From Spongospora subterranea f. sp. subterranea (taxonomy: Eukaryota), in contig JAUGWO010000150.1 in the NCBI GenBank assembly GCA_049724395.1, forward strand, positions 1 through 64,000: DNA of 64,000 nt, in the 5' to 3' direction. A program made the translations under genes and the position numbers. Within the stretch, counting starts at the first letter, position 1. The number at the start of each line of letters is the position of its first letter. This document shows positions 1-11,859 of the stretch, in pieces. Under the pieces are notes generated by a model. That model was not told where the DNA came from and searched no databases. It saw only the letters and a list, made by a program, of their open reading frames with translations.

Positions 1-1304
1 TCACCATACACAGCATCTCCCACTGAGAGCACAGCAAAATCAGCATCGGTGGTATGCTCTGGCGAACAACGTCCAATGTGACACAGATCGAAATTGAGCA
101 CCATCGGCCCTGGTTTTAGTATGCGAATCCCTGAGCACAGCCCATATTTTTCCATCCAAGGCGGCAGCTTGGAGGCATACGTAGAAGATTTCTAAATGCC
201 GATCTACAGTGTCTGCGGTTTGAACTGGTGATTTTACCTTGCTCGAGTTTTAGGATGCCTGATTCTTTCCGATCCGTCTCAGAGTTGTTGTAGATTTCGC
301 TGGAGCAAGGAGCCAGAGATGCTGCACCATATTCAAAGCATTCTCGGGGGGCAATCAGAAGTGTGATTTCGGTCCCGGTGCGCTGGATTGGAAACAGGCC
401 CGTGTTGCTTGCGCTGGGAGGCCGGCTTCATCTATCAAGCGAGTGGTCAACATAAGAAAGAAAATGGAAGGTGATGAATTTGACACCGCAATTAACCCCA
501 TCGTTGAAAACGCTAAACATTAGCATACCAAACAGGAAACTTTATAGTTGAAATCAAAAACCAACGTGTACTATATTTAAATGCTCATCAACAGATATCG
601 ATAACGAAAACGAGAGTACCTACCTCTGTCCGAAGAAAAGATTCATTGCTCTAAACAAACATCCGACAGAAGAATTTTGTTTTGGAATTCGTGACACAAA
701 TCGAAATTGAGCAGCATTTCGATCCCATTAAGACAAAATCGTCAAATTCAACCAAAACTGATTGGTGACCTTATCTGCAATTTAAAGGATGACGGAGGCA
801 GTAGATGAAAACTGACGACTACCTAGGGAATATATACTTCGTTAGATTTGAGATACATTGAACGTGGATGGAGCAAAAACCATTCACTGCGTTGAGCTGA
901 TCAATTTGTGTTAAGGGGTATCGTGCCACTCAAAAAATATAAACAAACAGCGAATCAAATGGACTTCAAGTTTCAAAAAGAGTTGAATATTTGCGGCGCA
1001 ATCACGGATTGGTGACATGACCTGACAAGCAAAGTATTAAAAAAAGGGTGTTGAAAGCGTGTGGCCAGTCTGAGCCCGATGACTGCGATTTGATCTTCCA
1101 GTTCTGACCAGGCAGTGCCATTCAAAAACTTGATTAGAGAATAATTAATAGTAATTGGGGATTGGCAAACAGAAATCTAAAGCTGACCTGACCGATTCAA
1201 ATTCAATCCATCGATGAACCGTTTTCGATAACTAAAATCCACAGCAGAATCAGTACCAGCACGCCAATTCGACCAAACCAACGCAACACCAACAACAAAC
1301 ACTC

Positions 1305-1408
1305 CATCAAGGCGGAACGTCGCCGATTGTAGAAACCCTAAACGATATCGCCTCGACATCAAGGCGGAACGTCGCCGATTGCAGAAACCCTAAACGATAT
1401 CGCCCCGA
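1305..1408. repeat. Two-copy tandem duplication of a 52-bp unit
   Basis: catcaaggcggaacgtcgccgattg(t/c)agaaaccctaaacgatatcgcc starts at 1305 and again at 1357. Confidence 0.9.
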
Positions 1409-1498
1409 AATCCTGCCAGAACCAAATCCAAAATACAGCATAATGACCGTGTATATACATACTGACGGCCAGGTGAAATTCTGCGTGGCCACTGACAG

Positions 1499-1680
1499 AA
1501 ATAGAATTCGCCTTTGAAAAACAGACAAGTCAACGAACGCAACAGAAAGCGTTTAATGCTCTGAGAGCGTCAAAACGATTTTGTTTTTGGTCAAAAATTG
1601 CAAATCGGGGTTTTTTATCATTATAAGAAAGATGGTGTTGTTTGTTTTTGGTGAGCCAAGATCCTCGAAGTGGTCTATTC
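1499..1680 (-). mobile_element. Dispersed ~180-bp repeat, probable terminus of a MULE-like element
   Basis: Aligns by eye with 26291-26470, the end of the SWIM-bearing MULE relic (gaattcgcctttgaaa...ttttggtcaaaaattg...gatggtgttgtttgtttttggtgagcca...tggtctat). The Copia integrase frame is cut where this repeat begins. Confidence 0.7.
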
Positions 1681-3820
1681 AGCGTGTACGTAGAGTCCTG
1701 TACTGCAAATGGCCAATAATTGTGGTCAATCTTGGCTTGTATCAGCGCGCAGCGTGTCATCCCCATGATGGTCTGATTACGTCTTTCCGCTTGACCGTTC
1801 TGTTGAGGACAGTGAGGTACAGTGCGTTGGTGTTTGATGTTCTTTTGTAAAAGAAATGCACTCATCTGTTGATTGACATATTCGGATCCATTGTCAGTTA
1901 AAAAGGTGGTGAGGCGAAGTTTCGTCTCAGCTTAAGCATCGGTAATGAACAGTTTCATTGCTTCCAGGACTTCGTCAGCGCTCTTGTGCTTTAGAAACTT
2001 GACCCATGTCCATGTGGAGTATAAGCAGTTGAACGTAATATAGTATCTATATCCTTCCTTGCTGGGAACCAGGAATGGTCCTTTGAGGTCAGAAGAAACA
2101 ATTTCAAATGCTCTTGTTGGTTTTGTCCGGCGTTCCTTTGGGAATGATTGTTTCCGTGACTTTCCATGGGCACAGCTTTCGCAGAATTGTCGTTCTTGCG
2201 GTGTGATCTTGACGCCTACGGTGGATTCTTGTAAATGCTTCAGTCTCTCGTTCGATGCGTGTCCAAATCGTCGGTGCGCTAGCTCCATACTGATTGTGGC
2301 ATTTGTCTCTTGAACGACGTGATTTGAAATGTAGTGGAGGTCGTTGTGCTTGTGCGCCCTAACGATAACCTTTCCATCTTGATCCTTGATATGAAGAGTG
2401 TCCTTAATGACTACAATTAAGCCTTGATCAGTAAAGGATTTGGCTGCTAGCAGTGTCTTTGTAATATTCGGAACATATAGTACGTCGTGAATTACTATTT
2501 TTGGGCAGTAATTCAATGTCAGCATTCCTTGTCCGTACGCTGACGATTTTTCGCCGTTGCTACTGCTTACTAGAATCGGCGTTTCCAATTCTTTGTAGCT
2601 ATGCAGGATGTTCTTGTCATTCGTCATGCTTGCATTAGCGCCACTGTCGACTAGGTATGCAGTTTTAGTGGAAAAACTTTGGGTAGTCGTATGAAATCCA
2701 GTGAACTCCTGTTCCTTTTCGTCTTCAGTGGTTGTTGTATTGTTCGTACGGCGGTTGGTTATGTTTTGCTCCTTCAGGTGTGGGTGCAGTAGCCAGCATT
2801 CTTCGCTCGAGTGCGTCGATCGTCTACACCGTGTGCAATACTTGCCGTTATTGTAGTTATTGCTTCTGTCGTTGTTGTTGTTGTTATGTGACTTTTCCTT
2901 ATGCTTCTTGGTTCGCTCGGTGTTAAGAGAGGTGGTCTCTTGCGGTGCCGTTGATTCGAGGTCTGTTGTCAGGAGTAAATTCGTTAGTCTTGCGATCGAG
3001 TTTACTTGAGATGCTCTGGCGGCTGCCTTGATTTGTTGGTATTGATCTGGCAATCCATCAAGGGCCTTGACGCATAGGGCTAGTTCGCCAACGTCGATGT
3101 TGTGTACTCTCAAGTCGTGGTATAGTTCTACCAGCTTGTCTATGTAGCCTTTCATGGTTTGGTTCGGCTGCTTCTTGTGGTGAATGAATTGGAGAAATAA
3201 GTTTGCTGCTTTGGATTCCGCTGTTTCCGCGTAAATATCGTGGAGTGTTGTCCAGATTTCGTTTGTTGTCGAGCACCTCGATACTTGTTTGTATTGCGAC
3301 TGTGATAGTCGCATGCTGATTTGGGCAGAGGCTAGTTGATCGTTGCGTTGTTCGATCGTGTTGGCGCGGGTTGGCGGGTGATGTAAGAACGAGTCGATTC
3401 CCATAATGATGAATTGTGTCTCAGTCTTGCGACGGAACTCATCCCAGTTCTTTCCGGTGAATTCCGGGATTAGTTTTAGTCCCGAATAGATTGACTTCTT
3501 CTTTTAACCGGTGGGTGTATGGTGTTTCCATAGCATCGTTGGTTGTGTCTGGAGTGGTGTCCTCCTCTTGTATCTCTCGTCGTGTTTGTACCATCTTGCG
3601 CTAGAGCAAAACTGGGACTCTTAATCTAACGACAGGTTCACCGGTTGTTAGTTCAATAGAAGAAGTGAATGGATTGTATTAGGGTACTAATGATAATATC
3701 TAGGTCTGACTGTGACTTAGAAGTGTGTAGTTGCTAATACTATCATACTTGGCCATGTCCAGGTCTCTGATCATCAGATACACGATAGATACGATAGTTC
3801 ATGTCACTTTCAGAAAAACA
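1681..3820 (-). mobile_element. Ty1/Copia LTR retrotransposon, 3'-truncated (gag, protease, integrase; RT and RNase H absent)
   Basis: ORF 1932-3404 has a zinc knuckle CTRCRRSTHSSEEC, protease YLVDSGANASMT, HRRFGH..CESC and integrase DLKGP. After an in-frame TAA (1932-1934) the same frame continues TDNGSEY...PQQNGQAERRNQT. Order PR-IN is Copia-type. The LTR boundary is approximate. Confidence 0.93.
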
Positions 3821-4149
3821 TTTCAAAAAAGAAAAGTCTCGATTGAAGTCCAGGCAAGGGCAAGGAATATGTGGAGAATTACAATAATGTACATCTAGCA
3901 AGCTGGATGCCTTATCCAATTGTTTCAAAAATTGTAATCCTGCCCGAAACCCGGATAAAAATGATGCGACTGAGTCTATATGCGACTAATTACAGTCGAT
4001 CAAAGGTTCGCAGACGGCCATGGTTGAAGTGCCATTAAAAACATGGACACTCAATTGCACAGAACGCAAATCACAAACGGTGGCCATGAATGCACCAGAG
4101 TTCATGTATGGCGAGTGGACACTGTATAAAGTGACAGGATCGGCGCATC

Positions 4150-7100
4150 ACTGGTCATGTTCTTTTTAACTTCAATGTGGGCATAAACAGGTTCCCAAGT
4201 TGAATCGTAACCATCAAATTCTTTCAAGCTACAAGGATTTCTGGCTGATTAGTTTCTTGATTTAGTCGAAGATCCTCGAAATGATCAACTTGATAACCGA
4301 CACTGTCGTGGACAATCTGATTGTACAGATCTGCTGTCATTTCTAGTTTGGAATCATCGAAATAACGCATTCTTGCTACGTGCACTTCGGTTATATCTTG
4401 AGTTATATAGTCTTGCACCTTAAAAAACAAAATTTTTAACAGAATCAACAATACGAAATGGACCCCGCCAATTTCCAACGAGTTTGTGCTGATGGTTTCG
4501 AGACAGGTTGTATGCGACGAGAACGTTATCCCCGATTTCGAAATTAATCGGTATAACATTTCTTTGATTCTCTCGAGAAGCGTGGCGTTGCTGTCTTTGC
4601 TTAGAAACATTTTCATCAACTGCACGATGAATTTGATCAATGGCGTCTGAAAGGCTCTTAGTATCATCATGGATCTCTGAAGCAGACTTTGGTATGGTGA
4701 AAAAGGATCGGGTAGATTCTACGAACAGCGTAGATAGTAAAGTTGTCGGTTCCAATCCCGTCATGGTCGTAACTGGTGCGAAACTTATTCGTGGTCGCAC
4801 ACGATGATTTAGGCTCATATTTACCAGCGGCAAGAGGGACGGCCAGTCTTCAAACGAAAGGCGGAACTCTGATAGAAATGATTTTGAAAAAATAGAAGAT
4901 GACGATTGACGATTTCAACGGAACCGTTTGCCCAGGGGGAATTCGCGGTTACGAAGTGATAATTGATGTGTGGATGAGAGCACAATTCGTCGAGGACACG
5001 ATTCTTAAAATGACTGCCTTGATCGGATACATAGGTATACACAATGCCAAAACGCTTAAACCAATCCAGCAAAGAGGATACTACAACCGAATGATCGGCT
5101 GAAGTCGATGGAATGAGTTCAACAATTGCTAAAATCATCTTTACAACAAGGACATAAGCGTAATTGTGCTCCCATGATGTTTTTGGCTTCATGATAAATA
5201 AAAAGTCATAGTGGATCACGTCATTTGGCTTAGACCCGTGTGTCGCATTGCCAAAAGGGCGAGGAACTACTTTTCCTCTCAAACGCACACAATGGAGGCA
5301 CTTGTCAACAAAATTTTGAATGGACGTTTGAGCTGAGGGCCAAGAAAACAATTTCAAAATTGCTGCCTTTGTCCGCTCGAAATTTTGGTGCCCTGAGATT
5401 CCACAATGAGCAATGATACAAATGCGCAAACGAAGAGATTCGGTAGGCACCCAGATCTGAAGCGGAGATGAGGCTTTGCTCCAAAGCTTTAGCGACTCAT
5501 CGAACTGGTATGTGTTTTTCAGGAATTGATTGTAGGTTATCCGCTTGAGCCTGCGAAATTTCTTTTAAAGATGGCCAAACGAAATCTGGATTAGTAAGTG
5601 GTTGGCCAGTTGTAGTTGAGCGTAAGGTTAATACTTTCGCTTGAACAGGTTCAACGGGATGAGCACCCCATCGAGTAAACAGGTCCGCCCAAAGGTTTTC
5701 AGAACCATCAATATGCTCCATGACAAAGTTAAAATTTCGCAGTTGTAGTTGCCAACGCGCTAGGCGGTCAGCAGTATGACGCTTTGTCTCGGCGACTCTC
5801 GAAGTTGGATCAAAGATGTAAACTAGATTTCTGTGATCAGTGAAAATGTAAAAGGGTTTGTTGCGCAGCAGAAAATGCTTCAGTCGATGACAACCTTCTA
5901 TAATGGGAAAAGCTTCCTTTTCAACGATCGGCCACCGCAAAGCGCTAGTGGTGAAAGTACCGCTGAGAAAACATAGTGGTTCGTGACCTTGTTCATTCCT
6001 TGGTTTACAAAGATCTTCGGGCGCAACTTGTGTCAAAACGACTGACCAAAAATAGTCAGATGCGTCCGGAAAAAGATAGACTCCTTTATCGTCCTTGGGA
6101 TGAGCTAACGTGACAATACTTTCGATAGCCTTTTTGAGACGTTCAAAAGCAATCTCATGCTCACTAGTCCATAGCGAATCGGATAAATTCATCTTTCGTA
6201 ATTGCATTTTTTGAGAACTGCCAATGCTTCTTTGACATAACAACAACAACTCTTGTAGCGGTCCGATCAGTTCAGTGAATTTCGGGATACTGTTTCTCAT
6301 CCAATTTAGGGCGCAGAGGAATTGTTGCAAATCAGCTGCGTTGGTTGGAATTGGCATATTACGGAGAGGGTTAATAAGCTGAGGATCAAATGATATACCT
6401 TTCGCTGAAATTACTCTTCCTGTCCATGTGACATCTTTCAAAAACAATTCGCACTTTTCGGATTAAGTTTAATCGATTTGTCGTTCAAACGCGATACAGT
6501 GCGTTCGAGACTAAATGGGCGGATTGCTTCCCATAACCTAGGATGTCATCTACCCAGAGGAGAACTATGGTATAAATGAGGTCACCGAGTGCTTCTTGCA
6601 TTTTAGCTTGAAACACGAAGACGGAGTCGACTATGCCCTGAATAATTCGCCTAGGAGTGAATACTGCCTCATGAGTCATAAAGGAACAGAATTCCTGCGA
6701 ATTTGGATGAAGTGGGAACTGCCAGTATCCCTTAAACGCATCTAATTTGAAGAAACAATCAGCGTCTTTCAAATGCATTAATATGACCTCGATATGTGGC
6801 ATAGGCCATATCGACGGCTCAGTTTTTCGATTAACTTCCTTTGTATCGATGCATAATCGATTGCCTCCACCGGGTTTAGAAAAGACTAGAGCTGGTGACG
6901 CGTAACGAGAGTTAGGATTACGGTAGATGTACTCCATATTGCTCCAGCAATAGCGTATGATGATGCATAAAGTCTTGATAAGCAGGACGATAACGACGAT
7001 TCTTGCAACGAACTGGTTGATCAGCATTTGCGACTTTTGCAGGAGGATCACTTCCCAGTTTAACTCGCCATATATCTTCGTACCGATACACTAGTTTCTG

Positions 7101-8955
7101 GAGGGCTGGTATATCTGCTTTGTCTAATCCTTTATCGACCGCTCTTTCTGTATCATTTCGTCGATGCTTTTTCGAGTTACGGTTTTTTCGTCTGCTCCAA
7201 AAGCAATTTCATAATCCGCATCACCTGGATCATCTTGGGTTGGAGTTTAGACGCCTCAGCTGCTGTAATGTTGGATGATTGTTCAACGTCGATTCGATTA
7301 TTCGGCGCCTCGAAAAGCTGGTTGCTTAGAGTCGTTTCGGGATCGATTCCTAACTTGAAAAGTTCAGGTTTACCTATTAAAACGGTGTTTACCTATTAAA
7401 ACGGTGTCCATGTCCTCGTCAGTGACATAGCATTCAATGTTTCGAAAATTTACGGTTCCTGCCCGCAATGGAAGAGTAAGATCGAGATAAGCGGTTTTAG
7501 ACATCGTCGTCGAATGACTTATGGTAGCAAGTTTGCAAGTTAGCGGAGGATCGAGAGTTCGTATAATCACAGGCGCTAACGCAGATATCGAAGACAACAT
7601 TTTGGCTGATAACGTCGTCTTTGACGCGCCATTGTCTAGTTCAAATGGAAATGAGATCTTGCTTTAAAATGTGACTTGGTCGCTCTCCACGAAGTTTTCT
7701 CTCTAATATGTTATGTAGTGCTTTCAACTGGGGTTCTCCTGGTTTCAATTTCAAGTTGTCGTAGGCAGCTTTCACTTGTTCGGGCGTCGCTGTGTCACAA
7801 ACTTGTACCCAGTGCGGTCCCTTGCATACTAAACAACCTTTTATAGGGGGTGGACGCGACAGAAACTTTTCGGAGACTGCTTTCTGTATATGACGTCCTC
7901 CTTTAGTAATTCGCCCAGAGAAAGAGGTAGCAAGTTTTTGGAAATGTTCTCTAGATGTAGATGTACCTGTACTTGGTTGAGATGAAAATTGTGATCTGGT
8001 TGATCCTGTAGTTGTGGGGAAATTAGGTTTACGATTTTGTGTTCCCATTTGGATGGAATGGACTTCTTGTTGTGATTTCGCCTTGGAAAGAACCAATTTG
8101 TAGAATGCGGCTTCGTCTTTTCGGGCCGTTTGCGATTCAGAGGTAAATTCGAGAGCGTGTTCGACCATTATTTTCAAACTATTCGGTCGAATACCGTTGA
8201 TGAGATATTTGATTTTCTTTTTTATGCCTTTCTCGTCGACGAATAAATCAGCGATCCCAAGGTCTTCTAAAAGTTCGTCCATCTTGGAGAAAAGAGCGAT
8301 AATGCGATCTTGAGGATCTTTTAGTCGCATGTCCATCATGACTTCGGACTGAATTCGTCGGTCAAGATCAATGCCTCCAGAAACGGATGTGGCTTTCAGG
8401 ATTTGTTTTAAATGAGAACTGATGTCTGAGTCGGTCACCTCTTGGACGACTTACCGATTTCAAACTTTGCAAATGTTTTTAGGCGAATAGGATCAATTGT
8501 GCTTTTAATGGAAACAGCAGTGATAAATTCGCCATGTGTCTGACGGCGTTCTACGACAAGTGACTCGTAAGCGGATCGTTGTCTAAGGAAATTTGCGATT
8601 GATTTAGGATCAAAATTTTTGAGTTTGGGGGCTTCTACAGGAAAAAATACAGGCGATCTGCCAGATATAGCAAGTTGACTGATAGTAAGAGTTTCAGCAT
8701 CGCTTGTAGAGCTGTTTGTCTGAGAATCAGCCACTTCAGGATCAGTGTGGCCTCGAGTGTTCACCATTGGCCTCAAACGTCAGTAGAAAGCTACCGAGCG
8801 GTTGGTTACCAGTAAAAACGTTTTGTACTGACTTTGGAAAGTAAAGCCAGTGGTATAGGTGAAGGTCTATAAACAAAGGTTTACACAAGTTTTAAAGAGC
8901 TTCTAATAAGAGTCATTTATTATACACGGACATACTAAGGGCTGGCTGTAGTACA
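4150..8955 (-). mobile_element. Ty3/Gypsy LTR retrotransposon with C-terminal chromodomain, multiply frameshifted
   Basis: gag (8435-8776, 7641-8438, CLVCKGPHWVQVC), protease LDNGASKT near 7640, RT (LDAFKGYWQ, LWVDDIL), RNase H (FPDASD, EKEAFPI, FTDHRNL), integrase (H..C..C, SDQGSHF, NGSVE), GPY/F motif WRGPFRI, and a chromo-like end (ILVA...DSTWEP near 4190-4240). Confidence 0.95.
8824..8955 (-). repeat. Candidate 5' LTR of the Gypsy element
   Basis: TGTACT...AGTACA inverted ends, AATAAA on the minus strand, and a TGG-starting PBS-like motif about 12 nt downstream. No matching 3' LTR was found. Confidence 0.5.
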
Positions 8956-9202
8956 GAAATCAATTATTGAAAATTAAGGTGGGAATGCGTACAAGATTCC
9001 CCACATGGGAAAGGACCGATTGGAGCGCGCAGACATGCTTCCTTTATCGATATGCTGCGACATCAAAGTTGTCAAAAGAATGCAAGAGACACTAGGTATG
9101 TGAATGAATGCATTCTGTACGTTTTCAATAAACATAACAATTACTCTAAAATGGGACAAGGTCAGACCACGGATTCTAACAAATATTGCGGGACAGAGGG
9201 AG
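8956..9202 (+). mobile_element. 3' end of a DD39D (plant-type/Stowaway-associated) mariner element
   Basis: Translates to GGNAYKIPHMGKDRLERADMLPLSICCD and ends in ...ggacagagggag followed by TA (reverse complement of a CTCCCTC TIR). Confidence 0.85.
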
Positions 9203-9209
9203 TACGTAA

Positions 9210-10025
9210 GAGTCTGGTCGAAGTGCGTGCGTCTCACTATTGCCGAGAGGGTTTTAGCGAGAGAGGGCTGGTCGAAGTGCCCCCTTGGCCTTGGGTACTG
9301 TGTACTGTGCGGAGCTTTTCTTCGTCACAATGAGCACCAACGTGGTTCCCGCTCTGGCGGTAAAGCTGCAGGGTCCCCCCAAGAAGAAGATGAAAGGCGA
9401 GGCGTCGATAGCCTCACGAGCCCAATGGACTAATTCCATAGTGCAAAATTTGCTATCGCTACGATATAGCGATGTCGTAAAGGCGCGGTTCCATGCCACC
9501 AAGACAAATAAGCAAAAATCCGCTTTTTGGCTGTGGTTTACTGCCCGGTTCAATGCCAAGCTGGAAGGAGGCAAGTTTGATGCGGACCAAGTCAAACGAA
9601 GGCTAGCAGCTCTAGTCGCAGAGTGGCGCTCCTTGCAAAAGGCAGAGCTGGAGACTGGTAATCCAGACGGTTTTATTGCCTCTGCCGACTACTACGATTG
9701 TATGGTTGCGTGCATGCAGGTATTGTAAAAGAAACAAAATTACCTGCGTGCACGCAACCATACAATCGTAGTAGTCGGGATAGGCAATAAAATTGATCTG
9801 GATTACCAGTCTAAAAGAAACTGCCTTTTGCAAGGAGCGCCACTCTACGACTAGAGCTGCTAGCCTTCGTTTGACTGGTCCGCATCAAACCTGCCTCCTT
9901 CCATTTTTACGCTTGGCATTGAACCGGGCAGTAAATCACAGCCAAAAAGCGGATTTCGAATTACAGTCACGGAGTTATATAGTGAGACGGCCAAAAAAGA
10001 CACGTAACTCACTTCGACCAGACTC
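9210..10025. mobile_element. Non-autonomous PIF/Harbinger element carrying a Myb/SANT-like ORF fragment and an internal fold-back
   Basis: Perfect 16-bp TIRs GAGTCTGGTCGAAGTG (9210-9225 and 10010-10025) with TAA on both flanks. The ORF reads WTNSIVQNLL...FWLWFTARFN...DQVKRRLAALVAEW, which is SANT/Myb-like. Confidence 0.85.
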
Positions 10026-10549
10026 TAATATATCTTTGGGTTATTAGACTGTGTCACAGTCATGAGTGTACCCTGTTGTGCGAGTGTCCAAACATCTGGC
10101 GCGGTTCAACCGCGCGCGGTAGAGGGGATAGGCCGTACTGTAAATCAGGGGTGGTTGCCATCGCAGGTCTTGGCCAAAAGCCAGCCACGCTGCTGCCATA
10201 AAGATTTTGTCAGAATGTTTCAGTGAGAGCCTGACCGAGGTGCAGATTGTCACTCAGGTTGGACAAGCAATATTTGTGGCAATGCTACCTGGTCGTGTAG
10301 GCAGTTATGGCTGTTTGATCAGTTAGACATTGCCATTTATTAAAGACTTCAACCTTTTAACAATATGTCCTTCTATTGTGGCCATATATCCTTTGCCATC
10401 GCATCTCTAAATGCTGCAGCTGGTGATGTGTCTGGCAATCGAACGGATGATCGCTCTGCTGAAGTTGGGTTCATGACTGCCGTCAGACTCTTGAGTGGAA
10501 GCCTAATCTCGGTGATATTATCTGAGGTTGGCAATGAAGGCAGTTGCAT

Positions 10550-10800
10550 TTTACAGCCAATTGTTCGAAGAAATCATCAGCGCCTCCTGAGACTCGGATA
10601 AAATTATGCGAACCAGCTTCGACTGCAGCTCTAGTGAAAATTCAGGAGCCCGTTTTCTCAAAACCTCGATAATTTGCTCGATGACATTCCTTGCCCGAGC
10701 ATGGCGTAGATTAAAATTTTGAGGTCTGCCATTTATTTTAATTTGATACCGACGCAATGCCTCTGCCTGACCCTAATCTCCCTTGTTGTCATTCTCACAA
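10550..10800 (-). mobile_element. PIF/Harbinger (DDE_Tnp_4-like) transposase fragment
   Basis: FNLRHARARNVIEQIIEVLRKR matches the Harbinger motif FNxRHxxARxxIERxFGxLKxR. Confidence 0.75.
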
Positions 10801-11859
10801 ATGGTATCGGTCACCTCGATAAAGTCTTATGGCGCCTAGACGGTACTTGTCGATAAACGACACCAACAATGAAGGCTAATAAACACTCTGTTTATTTCAA
10901 AGGTTCGTAACCAACGTCACGGCGTAGGATTAATAGCGCGGGGGCGCATCATCGCCCTCTCAGAACAAAAACAACAAAGGCATTCAGTTATCCAGATTGT
11001 CGAGCAATTGAGTCCAATTCCTGCGGACACGACGTCAGTGCTTTGAGTCGGCGTCTGATAAACACCGGACAGTCATTTAGAAGATCATCAAGCGGTTCCC
11101 AAGAATTTTCAAAATCCTCAAATCCAAGCCTTAGTTCTCAGCACCAAACTCACACCACCAAATTCAGCGAAAAAGTCTTAATAGAATGATTTTATGGGGA
11201 TATTTCTGCACACTTCGTTCTCAACACAGTGACTTGCACGTCGAACGTGATTGCCGCTTCATGTCGGAGTCGTTTTGATCAGCTGAAGGAGCTGAACGCC
11301 CTGCTCAAAGCCGGCCAGCTGCACTGACCGCTTTTGCACTTCCTGTCGTCACGTTTGCAGCGTGCAATTGAGCCGTCTCTAGAGGAGATGTCAAGTGTTC
11401 AGAACCCTGCATTTGATTTGAACCAAAATGACATTGGCGTTGATGATTCCCGGAAAGAATCGGTTTTTGTTAAGTGTTGGTCGCCGAATGCAAGTTGATG
11501 GATGAAATGAATCTGTCCACAATCACCCAAACCTTGATTCGCAAGTGGTAGGTTTGATTCGTCGCGTTGTCGCGTTGCATTCAATGCCGTTTGGATTCGA
11601 CACGTTCGGAGAACGGATTGGTGTTGGTTCATTCGTTGCACTGGAAAGCTGTTGGATCCACAAAAATCAATAAAGAGCTCTCCTTAGATTTATTCATTTG
11701 TCTAATCGTTAGGGAACTTAGACTTTTGGGTTTTTGAGACATTCTGTATCACTCAAAAAAATGTGTTTCAAGACTTATTAACACCCTGAATCCCGGAATG
11801 CCAATTTTTCAGCTTAGATCCTGAACCCTATGTCATTTTTCCAATGTCTTATTAGGATA

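Noticed and set aside
78..717. 27-bp imperfect direct repeat (gtgacacaratcgaaattgagcascat) at about 78 and 691
   Set aside because: Only two short copies with no associated ORF or termini identifiable within the window.
1333..1395. Telomere-like AAACCCTAAA motifs (also ccctaaatccctaaa near 43753)
   Set aside because: Isolated single motifs, not a telomeric tract.
3602..3650. tRNA-Lys gene
   Set aside because: Only the anticodon-arm region matches, with no acceptor stem or proper T arm; better explained as a retrotransposon primer-binding site.
7369..7408. 19-bp tandem duplication in the Gypsy protease region (and an 18-bp one near 62630)
   Set aside because: Ordinary slippage duplications with no sign of function.
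4150..8776. Programmed frameshifts or readthrough in the Gypsy and Copia ORFs
   Set aside because: Breaks are numerous and fall inside catalytic domains, consistent with decay or sequencing indels.
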